Assembly: GCA_964016885.1 (NCBI GenBank)
Contig: OZ024740.1
Span: 134,292,001-134,356,000 of the forward strand
Origin: Eledone cirrhosa
Lineage: Eukaryota
Length of the DNA stretch: 64,000 bases
Direction of reading: 5' to 3'
Every line of letters starts with the position of its first letter. Position 1 is the stretch's first letter. A program made the translations under genes and the position numbers. Positions 1 to 12,983 of this stretch are shown in pieces. The notes under the pieces are model-generated. The model saw only the letters and a list, made by a program, of their open reading frames with translations. It did no database searches and was not told the origin of the DNA.

Positions 1-200
1 GACCCGCAGTCACCCATGCAATCCGATCTCCCCACTCCCCGCCACCAATGTTGGGGGAAAGGCAATGGCCGATACAGCTTGGCACCAGTGATGTCGCAGC
101 TAATTTCTACAGATGAGTAAACTGGAGCAACATGAAATAATGTGTCTTGTTCTATGACAAAACGCATTACACGGTTCGGGAATCGAAATCCCAACCTTCC
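1..200 (-). mobile_element. SINE family 2, cut by the window edge
   Basis: ggccgatacagcttggcaccagtg..tgagtaaactggagcaacatgaaataa is the reverse complement of 53550-53625. Confidence 0.8.
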
Positions 201-998
201 AAGGTACCACCTACTATTTCAGAAATATGATCAAATTGCTTAGTTGCAATTTATCAGTCACACCTATTTTACCGACACAGTGTATTTAAATCGATTTCTT
301 CTGAAATTTTAATGAATTAAGAGAGACGAACATAGTATCTATAAAGCATGTAGTTCGGTGCTCTAAAGTTGCTGGCAATTCAACGCCCTCATTCTAAATT
401 CTAATGAAAAATATCTTCAGGACAAGCAGAAAATTTTAAGACGGAATGATTACAAAGAAGCAGCTAAAATAAATACAAACCTCAAATTGTTGCTTGCTAC
501 ATTCTGATCAAAATTATAAAATCGATGATGACAGTCTAAGAAAGAAAATAGTTCGGCCATTCTCTTTTTATTTATAGTTATTTTATTATATTTCGTTTCT
601 GCCTTGTCTGTTTGTTGTTTGTTTATTCTTTTTATTTTTGCTAACAAAAGATAAAAATTAAACTGGCAAAGATTCATTTTGGTTCGTTAAAGGAAAAAGT
701 GTGTCAGCCTGTTACTCGCAATATATATGATTTGCCTACATTAAATTTAACATCTCAATTGATGCAACAATAATAACAGTTTACTATGTTGCAGACATAG
801 CTTGTTAATACCTAATATTACGTTCCCGATGAAACCTACGTTAGAAATGGTATTAATTAAGCAAAAGCAAATGTTAAAAAACGAGCATCAGTATACGAAA
901 AAAACCCATATAAAATCAATGTTTTCCTAAATGATATTACTGAGTACAAAATAGTCTCTATATGTGTAGTATGTATTAATGTGTTTATGCTTCTTTGT

Positions 999-2233
<1,235 letters not shown>

Positions 2234-3088
2234 GCGATCATAGGTCAATAAATTGATGGTTAGTTGAATCGATAAATAGATGAGTATATGTATGAATATG
2301 ATAAGTACGACTGGAATTTGTATAAATTAGGAAACACTTATTTGAATACAATGTGTGCAGTTTAAAGATTAAAATACAATCTAACAGACAGAAAGACGGA
2401 TACCTATCCTACAACTATCGATTATCATTCGTGCAACTAATAATTTTAATTTTCCAGGTTGTTAACCTCAGCTTTTCAGTTTTTATATTTAACAATATGT
2501 TTTGATCAATTCAATCTCCGTCACGTGTTCCACTCCCACACGTATAAATGTTGCTAGACTTGGTAAATTTTAAACAAAATCCTATTTTCTATCACAGATT
2601 CTCAGATATCTTAACCTTTATTTCGTGATGATGAAATTGCAGAGATGTTAGATTTTCAGATTAAAATACTTTGTTGTACTTGTCCCGGTTCCCTATATTC
2701 TTGAGTTCAAATCTCAAGATCAACTTTGCCTTTCATTCTTTCCAGATCGCTATATAAAGTACCAGTCGACTACTGGAGTCGATTGTTTTCTATTTATCTC
2801 TCTCTCCCTCACTCCCTCCCTCCCTCCCTCTCTCCTTCTCCCTCTCTCTCTCTCTTCCTTTCTTTCTTTCCTCTCTCTCGCTCTCTCTTCCTTTCTTTAT
2901 TTCCTCTCTCTCGCTCTCTCTTCCTATGTATGTACGTACCCTTTTCCTTGTTGCATTTTTGTAATATATTTTGACCGATTACCTGCTCGTTAGCAACTCT
3001 TTAGATAAACGATATTGCATGATGGTATTGCTGGACACTTAATTTTCGAAACACAAGCATGCACACACATACATATATATATCTATAA

Positions 3089-3183
<95 letters not shown>

Positions 3184-3187
<4 letters not shown>

Positions 3188-3312
3188 ATTATTAAGGTCA
3201 GTTACTACAACGGCGCCAGTTCATTTTCATCGGAACAAGTTAAACAAGTTACTCCTCAAGGCCAACGAAACGTGGTATGGCGCCGTTGTAGTAACTGGCC
3301 TTAATAATTATA
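3184..3312. repeat. 129-bp fold-back / MITE-like element
   Basis: 35-bp terminal inverted repeats TATAATTATTAAGG(T/C)CAGTTACTACAACGGCGCCA with one mismatch, 59-bp spacer. Confidence 0.75.
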
Positions 3313-3401
3313 TTCAAACTCGCTCTTCGGACTTGGGCTGCTCTATACTTTGTACTTTTTCACCTACCTATATATATATATATGTGTCTGTGTGTATATA
3401 T

Positions 3402-3522
3402 ATAGGAAAAGCGTCAGGACCCCGACGGCTGAGCTCAGCCGTCGGGGTCCTGACGCTTTTCCTATTACTCACTCTCTGGTGCGTTATGGTCCACCTGGTA
3501 TTTTACCACACCTTCTTTGTTA
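3402..3522 (+). mobile_element. TA-flanked fold-back mini-element, copy A (PLE pLTR terminus)
   Basis: Perfect 64-bp palindrome at 3402-3465 centred on GAGCTC, plus a tail (ggtgcgttatggtccacctggt..taccaca) shared with copies B and C. Confidence 0.8.
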
Positions 3523-3526
3523 TGTG

Positions 3527-3628
<102 letters not shown>

Positions 3629-4751
3629 GGTGAGAGAGAGAAAGGGGAGAGAATAGATAAGTAATAGTTAGATAGAGAGAGAGATAGTGGTGGGAATGAG
3701 TATATGTATGTGGGTATGTCATATCCAGTATACTAAATATGGTGAGAGGAAAACATCTCAAACAAATGAGACTGTTTTCACAATTTTCTAACTGAAACGC
3801 CTTTTATATTTTTGAGAGTTTTCAGATCATGATGTACGGGAGAGATCACCTATAGGTATAGTTGATCCAACGTTTTGGGGATATTTTAGACAATGTAGTA
3901 GGAGTGCTAATTTGGTAAAATCAACGGATATGTTTCTATCCTCACTCGCTCTGATCGATCGACAAGATCCCAAACCTCATTCGCTTGCCGAGTTAGGTGG
4001 ATATCGTCAAATCGGACAAAGGAAACCTTTGTTTCCATTGGTCTTGCCATTGCTGATACTATCTACCGCACCAAATTCCTTGGCAGAAGGAGCAACATGA
4101 AATAAAGTGTCTTACTCAAGGACACAACTCAACACCTGGTCCGAAAATTGAACTCACAACCTCGCTGTTGTGAATCCAACTCTCTAACCAATAAGCCACG
4201 CGGCTTCTATCCTACTAAATCTTTAAAAACTTTGAATCAGCACAGTTTACTCTGTTCTAATTAAAACTTGTTTAGTAAGAGATGGGATAGAACTAAATGG
4301 TGTAAGGTGTTTTTTCTGACGTTCTACTTGATATTCTTGCCAAAATGCTACCCACATTTAAATAAATGTTTTATTTCGCTCGTTAGCACTATACTACAAT
4401 ATATTGGTTTATTTTGGTGAAGTATACAGCTAATTTTTGAAAACCAAACAGATCACGGTACGAACCAAATGTTCCTATGTTTTATTAACTCCGAAAGAAT
4501 GGAAGACAAAGTTAACAGCTATGAGATTTGAACTCAGAAAATAAAAAATAATAGTAATATATTTAATCCAGTACTCTGCCGTTTCTACTACTTTACTGTA
4601 ATTCTTTAAATGAACAAAGATTAATACATTAGTACGTTACATGTTTCAGTGGAAGCGTCAAAGCAATTTAATCAGTCTCCGCGGTAAATACTTTTGAATA
4701 ATGAATAAATGTTTTCATGTATAGTAAGATATCACATGATCCACATGACAG

Positions 4752-4986
4752 GTGCAATGTATCCGAACACGGAAGAGTCGAACTCCCACTGTCATCGCCT
4801 CCATCTCTTCGCCCTCCCCATATCTCTGTATTAAGAGCAAATGGGGTTCCATGTGCTGGCCTGCCCACAGCCCCGGCGGACAGAATGGAGAAGACGTTTC
4901 CCCGGAGGGTGGTAAGGGAGATGCGCTGGAAGAGCCATTCCATCTCGCGAGGCTTACACCTGCGGCTGGCCAGCTCAGCGCCTATG
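4752..4986 (+). other. GC-rich segment, candidate exon of unknown gene
   Basis: Markedly GC-richer than its flanks, two open frames on +, bounded by CAG| and ATG|GTGAGT. The polypyrimidine tract is poor and no protein family was recognised. Confidence 0.3.
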
Positions 4987-5498
4987 GTGAGTTCTTGACT
5001 GGTTCTTTCTGATTTTATCGACTCAGATGGGCTAAAATATAAATTCGACTTCGTCAGAATTTGAACTAAATAGTGTAAATATGCGGGATTGAATACATGC
5101 ACTTTACCGATTCTGTTTTCCCTCACCCATCTTCATTTAAATTAATATTACCAATGTGACTTCATGTCAGACTGCTATATATAAAATGTTAAACATTTTA
5201 TAAGGTTTTATATTTTAAAAAAAAAAGAGAAAAGAATGCTTCATATTTCATAGGCAACACATTGAAATTTAATTAAACTTACTGTTTAGCAATTTTAAAT
5301 AACCGATTGTTAATAGAATGATTTGTTTATGTAAGAAAATCAATATTGGCTTTCGACAATTTATTTTAAACTGAAGTATGATAAATTTAACTTATAAAAA
5401 TCATTGTTATTGCTTTCATTAAAATAGTAATCATATAGAATTGTGGCTCTAGGTGTAATAAATGTTATTACAAACTACATGATATTTTTTCTGTGGCA

Positions 5499-5501
<3 letters not shown>

Positions 5502-5554
<53 letters not shown>

Positions 5555-5581
5555 CTCTTTCCCCCTCTCTTTCTCTATCTA

Positions 5582-5636
<55 letters not shown>

Positions 5637-5690
5637 ACAATTGTGTAACATATATATATATGATATATATATATATACATATAGATAAAT

Positions 5691-5721
<31 letters not shown>

Positions 5722-5729
5722 CTCATATA

Positions 5730-5805
<76 letters not shown>

Positions 5806-5806
5806 C

Positions 5807-5872
<66 letters not shown>
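5502..5872. repeat. Compound (TC)n/(TA)n/(TG)n microsatellite
   Basis: Directly visible. Similar tracts at 6900-7055, 7840-8170, 9690-9832, 10241-10306, 18202-18334, 21611-21675, 25510-25722, 41636-41724, 58585-58796 and 62260-64000. Confidence 0.95.
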
Positions 5873-5874
<2 letters not shown>

Positions 5875-5989
5875 CGTCTTTGTATTTGATTTGCAAGATT
5901 TTTTATTTGAAAACATGTTTTGAAACAGATATTGTTATATTTTGGGAGGGTCGTGCTGCCAAAAATATGAATAAAATTTTTATCTCTGG

Positions 5990-6137
5990 TGAGACCCAGA
6001 ACATCAAGATAAAAATTGTATCTAGACAAAGAACAGGTGCACAGCTCCGACAGATTACTGAAGCAACACACCTAAATGAATTCCGACCAAAACTAAATAG
6101 AAAGCACGAGTGGAATACCAACGATCTCACAACTTAG
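5990..6137 (+). pseudogene. Penelope-like GIY-YIG endonuclease C-terminal remnant (Poseidon-like)
   Basis: [35 protein letters not shown] matches the ILxxExxxxxRxIxEAxxIxxxxPxLNR pattern. Lies close to a long (TA)n. Confidence 0.55.
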
Positions 6138-6492
6138 TAAATTAAGGACACTATAAATACACACAAGAACAAAACTAATAAGATAAACACCATCCCCACC
6201 ACCAACCGTTACGTACGCACAGTGAAACACAGATAGAACAAGTAACCAACTAGTGAGAAGTAGGAACGAGAGAAAAGAAATGAATAAAGAGATGTATAAA
6301 TAAATAAAAAACATAATTTATAAATGTATGAGATTTTAGTAGTTTCTTTGTGCGTATGTGCACGTGCGTATATGTGTATGCATTTGTATCAGTGTGTGTG
6401 TGTGTGTGGTTATGTGTGAGTGTATGTATATGCATGTGTAAATTCTTTGTTTTTTGTACGTGGGTATGTGGATTCTTCAGACACACATACAC

Positions 6493-6526
<34 letters not shown>

Positions 6527-6540
6527 GTGTAATAAATAAT

Positions 6541-6720
6541 TGTTTCTATTTTAGGCACAAGGCCAGCAATTACCCAGTACATTACTGTTACTTTATCGAC
6601 CCCGTGAGGATGAAAGGCAAAGTTAACCTCGGCGGGATTTGAACTCAGGTCATAAAGGGACGTAACTCTATGCTTCAAAGCATGGTGTCCGACTCTCTAC
6701 CGATACTGCCAATCCACCGC
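6541..6720 (-). mobile_element. tRNA-derived SINE (Meta-domain-like core), family 1
   Basis: A/B-box-like head (tggcagtatcggtagag..gagttcaaatccc) and core aactttgcctttcatcct..ggggtcgataaa..taccag. TSD cgtgtaataaataat at 6526-6540 and 6721-6735. Confidence 0.9.
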
Positions 6721-6904
6721 CGTGTAATAAATAATGTCTACGTACTACTTTCATTAAAATATCGTGTACTGAGTTGATTAATGGCCTTACTAATCATTTA
6801 AGCGATTATATTATATATATAGAAATGGCTTCTACAGGACTAAAACTGTTTCATTCGAAGGAAAGCCATACACATACACACATATACACGTGCATATATA
6901 TATA

Positions 6905-7005
<101 letters not shown>

Positions 7006-7846
7006 ATGTATGTATGTATGTATGTATGTATGTATGTATGTATGTATGTATGTATGTGGGCATACAGGTAGATAGGTATATAGATAAATTAAGACGTTCT
7101 CTGAGTATACCCAACATCCGATAAAGTTAATATCCACCTGAATATTCGGCGTTAAACAATAGAATAGACGCAATTGTTTAGTTAATGTCATATCACACAC
7201 ACATAATTAATCTACAAGCACACTTGCCTGTGCATACTAAATGCTTTCGTGCATTTGCACATCATGCATACGTTATTTTTTATATAACCCTCGCAAAACA
7301 CTTTTCCAGTTAGTATTCAAATAATCTAATTTCGATTGTATCCTGCGTACATTCCCTGGTCCTCTCAACAATCGGATATGCTAGGACTAAAACAGTAATC
7401 ACTTCACAGTAGTTACTCTTAAAATTCGGAAAGTCGCGTGAAGATACTAGCAATGTAAACTATACAGAAATTTTGATAAGAGAACCGTTGGGGTTTATTA
7501 ATTCAGCAATCAATAGATTGGGCAATGGCTGTAGAAAAGTGTTGATGCTAGTTGCTTCAACAAAGAATTGCCTGCGGTGGAATAACACGTAAACTGCTTC
7601 ATCAACAGACGTAATAGAAGACAATTAAAGCGAAAGCATTCATATTTTCTATCGATTCTATACATATTTATATTTCCATTTTCTCTATTTCCCCCATGCT
7701 CCATTCCCGCATATGAAATGCGTTATGTGAAAAGCTTCTATAAATAACAAGCCGAAAAGCTCTATTCCATTAAATCAGACCGTTGCACCTTATTGTATAC
7801 GTACAAGCATATAATTGCATATACATACACACGTTATATATATATA

Positions 7847-7899
<53 letters not shown>

Positions 7900-7960
7900 A
7901 TATATACACATAGATATATATATATGAATATATTTACATACATGTATATATACAAATATA

Positions 7961-8003
<43 letters not shown>

Positions 8004-8130
8004 ATAATAATAAAATTGAAGACTAAAATCCATATAAACACATATATACATATATACATATATACATAGATACATATATATACATATGTATACATATATA
8101 TACATATATATTTATATACATATATATATA

Positions 8131-8172
<42 letters not shown>

Positions 8173-8481
8173 AGCACATGTATTCTCACGTTCGGGCAAA
8201 CAACCACTCGTAAATGCGCAAGTTAACATATACTTAATTCATTTCGTTCAAAATTCTGTTGTATGTTTTCCTTGTTTTCTTTATTATTTCTTCCTATTTA
8301 TGTATGTTTGTGTGCGTGTGCCTGTGGTGTGCGTGTGTTGTGCATAATGTGTGTGTGCGTGATATGTGTGTGTGCGTATCTGTATATATATATATGTGTG
8401 TGCAGTACATACATACCTACATACATCCATACATTGATACATGAAAACATGCATATGCACATATAAATACATACATGCATG

Positions 8482-9180
8482 ATGGCTGCAATTCGATTTC
8501 GAGTAATGCCATCGCTTGCTAGGGATTTGCACACTCTTACACAGATTCTGTAACAATGGGGGGTCTCTCGCTGTAGATGTTATTTTCTTGCTTTCGTGCA
8601 CTTTCAAATGACGTTTCAGTCCACAAACTGAGACACACTTTTTTCCACACTCCTCACAAACAAAAATGCCAAACAACGCACAATTGATAGTGTCCCTGTG
8701 TACGTGGCTTCTCTGATAACTTCAAAGGCCCGCCCTACTTAGATATAACCGGCCACATTTTTTACGGATTAAATCAACCTGAATGGCAAGATATTCAGGC
8801 AAACCAAATTCAATGCCCTTGCGAGCACACTGCTTGAGTTTGAACATGCTCAACATTTTTTTTTTTCAAATTCACCCCTCCAATTATGCACTGCCTTTCT
8901 CCAGGAAAGTCGATCTAGAGCAAGGTTCTCCCAATCATTCTCCAAAATTTTCATCTTCCTCAGTGTACTTTTAATGCAATTCCTGAACCTCAATTTTGGT
9001 TTGTGCGCCAGTCGTTTACCTTCGACCAGTTCACCATACAGGAACTGCCTAAGAGTGCGATCATCATCCATTCTCACTACATGACCACTCCATCTTAATC
9101 GAAGTTGAAATATGAGAGACTCTATACTGGAAGCTCGAGTGCGATCGAGGAATTCCGTGTCACTCACGTACATTTTCCGT
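8482..9180 (-). mobile_element. RTE-clade (BovB-like) LINE 3' fragment
   Basis: SIESLIFQLRLRWSGHVVRMDDDRTLRQFLYGEL..GKR..KPKLRF..WENLALDRLSWRKAV, followed by a C2H2 finger FVCEECGKKCVSVCGLKRHLKVH. Confidence 0.85.
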
Positions 9181-9688
9181 CAAAGGGCGGAGCAACTCAG
9201 GAGAGTCAACGGTCATCCAATAAAGTATGTACATATGTATATATGCTTTCATATAATTCATATTTTAATTTATAAACACATTTTAATCAATTTCGTCTTT
9301 TAACTTTTTTTCCAAACGTTTGTCTTAACTTTTTTAACATACATTCATACATACGTACCTATATATATGTGTATATATATATACATACATAGTAATAATA
9401 ATTATGAAGATTAAAATCCGAGGAGGGATCGATAAGGATTATATATATATACAAAACCCGTAGAGCAAAAATTCATTATTTGTACAGATTAAAGTTTAAG
9501 TTATATAGATATATATATATAGATATTATTCAAAATATTAACAAATGAAAAATATTCTCAGAATCAAAATATATACTTTATTATATATATTTCAGAGGTA
9601 CTGTGTTGTTTTTTCAGTACGTCTTCATTAGACAAAATATATGATTTGATATATGACATACGGCTACGGTCTTGATTGTTCAATTCCA

Positions 9689-9834
<146 letters not shown>

Positions 9835-10237
9835 CAATGTATTTCGTCTGTTTGCATACGTGTATATAATTCTGTTTTAAGGCAAAATGGACGGTAGATT
9901 TCGGAATAAATTGAAGGCAACAAAGATGTTGGTGCTTCACCTATTATTTTATTTACTTGTCCTGGCAGGTACCCTTCAAATAACATACTACTTTGCTCTA
10001 AGCAAACTGAAGCACCCTATATTTTAAGTTTTTAATTGTGATTTTTTTTTAACATTAGAAACTACTGTGGTTTGATACGAATTGTTATCACTGCAAAACA
10101 CATTTTTACGATCGCAACATACATTTAGATAGCTAAATTCACTGTGCTACATGTTAGTTAGTTGTCTCGCATTTAGACCTGACCGAGCTATCATTCAGGA
10201 CTACATTAACCTTTATTTTGCTGTCCTAGCTGTTTAT

Positions 10238-10310
<73 letters not shown>

Positions 10311-11069
10311 AACACAAACACACACACACTTAATTCTCACATTATTTTTCACAAAGTATTTTCTCTCGGAAGTTTCTTTTATTTGATTTCTTCTATCTAC
10401 GTAAACGTTTCACTGAGATATCACTTTTGTGACATGAAGTCGCCATACGCTTTTATATTTGAGACTAAAAGCTTTGTAAACAAATGTTGCAATTACAAGA
10501 CAAACAGTTGAGTATCAGAATAGCTGTAATACGGTGAGAATTCCTACATCAATCGTCACATTACTTGTATTCGAGATTTATTGTTATTTACACACTTATG
10601 CTGCCTCAGCGAATGATATTGACAAAAAAACACAGAAAATAAAAGACGCCTCATTTCTTAGCAGCACGAATAGTACTTTGTTATGGAAGAGAAAAGAAAT
10701 TATTTTCTATTGCAAAAGTAAAGACGCTGCTGGAAGGCGCAATATATCTTGCGATGGTTTTGTCAACAAACTCTGAAATTGATAACTGCATTAATATGAC
10801 TGTCATATTTATTCTCACACAAAGACAGAAAATCAAATTGGAGAAATGGTTTCACTTTGCATTCATATATTTGCAATTATTAATAGGAACTTCAAAAGAA
10901 AAGTTGTATTTTACAGACCAAATGTTACTGTTGAAAGATTCTGTTTTGTTTGTCTTAATTCAACTAATATATTCTATACAAAATTAGGTTATTTAGAAAA
11001 ATGTTTACCACATGTCTTCTTCAAGCTGCTCTTCTACATTTCTATTCACTGTCCACCTAGATACAACAT

Positions 11070-12752
11070 CTAGGCTAGGACCTGGTAACTTGAAACTGAA
11101 CAGGTCATTCCCGGCGCGTAAAACCTACAGACTGGACCACCGGGTTCGTCAACACCGGAGTAGTAATGAAGTAGTAAAGAAGTAGCGATAGAAAAAAATA
11201 AAAAGGAAGAGCCGGTAGTTAAATTAGATGAGGTGATTAGAAGTGACATTGTAACTAACGTGCTAACAGCGAAAATAGCATTAGACCATTTCTTCAATGA
11301 AAAACACGAAGCTTGCATTGTACTTTAAGAAACGAGAGAACGAAAGCTGTTCAATGGGCCCGAGTAGTAACAAAACCACGATTCGGTCTTTGTCAAACAA
11401 ATACGAACGATTCTAGTCAGATGTGTGCAGTATTTCGGCAAACATTTTGCTCGGATGTTCCGGTGGAGTGAGGGGGTGTCGAAGACGGTAGCGGACTTCA
11501 GTTCCTATCTCGACGGTCTGCCGCCACTCTCACCAGCCAAAACTGGGTGCTGCGAAAGGCCGATAACATCAGCAGAATTTCGGGATGCCCTAGTCGGCAT
11601 CAGGTCACGCGATTGGCCTGTCTAAAGGGGCCCTCTCTCTCCCTTTCTGTACGTATTAAATCCCGAGCCTTTACTGCGGTAGCTGAAGCTGTTGCAGGGC
11701 ATCCCAATCGAATCGGGACGTGGAAAGGCTGCATCGGCATATGCGGACATCACCGTGAAGGTGTCGAACACCAGGAAAATCGGGGTGGTTCTGCACCTTC
11801 TTTAAGGAATATGAAAGGTTGACCGTAGCAAAACTGATCCCGGAAAGGTCGGTGGGTTTGCAGCTCGGCACCTGGAGAGGCAAATCCAAGCCATTCAACA
11901 GCGTCGTTGGACTCTGGCCGGACAGACAGGTCAAGTTGCTGATGGAACTGTGACGAAGTAACTCTCACCCAGAAATGGACCCCTGGACGGTCGGGCGAGT
12001 TGGCTAATGCGTATATCTCGCCCGTCATCTATTACCACATGACCGTCGTGCCATGCCCCCCTTAGCACCTCACCAAATTGAAACGCCTGCTCTTCACCTT
12101 CTTGTGGAAGGGACAGGTTGCAAGTCAGACGAACCTGCCCGAGATACGCACAGAGCGATAAAACTGTTCTGCACGCACTCCTCCAGTCTCCGTGCATTAT
12201 TGGCTTGTGGAGTTATGTCTAACAGCTGTTAACGCGTGAGGGACATGTCTGGCTATCGACCGACTCCATTGTGAAGATTGCCCCGCTGCCTTCTTTTGGC
12301 GTGTAAGGGCAGTCAGTTTTTTTCTGCCTGGTGGTTGCAGCAAAAAGGATTGTGTGGCGGACGAGGCTGAGATGACTGAAGACACACACCCTTCTCTTCG
12401 GCCAATTCCTCATCAAATATTTCAAGCTTTACTTGGAAGGTGAGGGTGGAGAGTACATTTGCTAAAAGGTGAGTGAATGTTGTGAGGATAGCCCCATGTG
12501 AATGGGCCTACTTTGACCATGCACCTGTTGGGGGCGCCCTCCTCGGGTTTTCTTAGAGCGTCGGGTGGTTCAGGATTGGTGGGGTTCCTGAGATGCCCCT
12601 TCGTGGTCCTCCTCCATATTGGACAATTCGTATTGTTATTTTTATATTGTTTATTTTTATTGTTTTTGGTATTGTTTACTCGATTTTTCTGTAAAATCCC
12701 CACTGTCCCTGTTTTTCGCATTGTCCCTATATGTCGGCACTTGAAGCCAATA

Positions 12753-12760
<8 letters not shown>
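11070..12760 (+). mobile_element. Tx1/L1-clade LINE, internally deleted and decayed, with 3' UTR and (TTA)n tail
   Basis: RLGPGNLKLN (cf. GPGYWKLN), SYLDGLPPLS..CCERPITSAEFRDAL, ANAYISPVIYYHMTVVP..KRLLFTFLWKG. Ends aataaggaaatt(att)n. Confidence 0.75.
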
Positions 12761-12782
<22 letters not shown>

Positions 12783-12783
<1 letters not shown>

Positions 12784-12983
12784 TAGCAGTATCGGTAGAG
12801 GGTCTGACGCCATGCTTTGACGTATAGAGTTATGGCGCTTGCCATTCTGAGTTCAAATCCCACCGAGGTTAACTTTGCCTTTCATCCTTACGGGGGTCGA
12901 TAAAATAAAGTCCCAGTAATGCACTGAGATAATTGGCCTTGTGCCAATAGTAGAAACAATTATTATTATTATTATTATTATTA
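12783..12983 (+). mobile_element. SINE family 1 with (TTA)n tail
   Basis: Same head, core and 3' end (ggccttgtgcc..tagaaacaattatt). Confidence 0.9.

Noticed and set aside
820-856. CCGATGA..GAAATGGTA hammerhead-like string
   Set aside because: Core is mutated and stems are unsupported.
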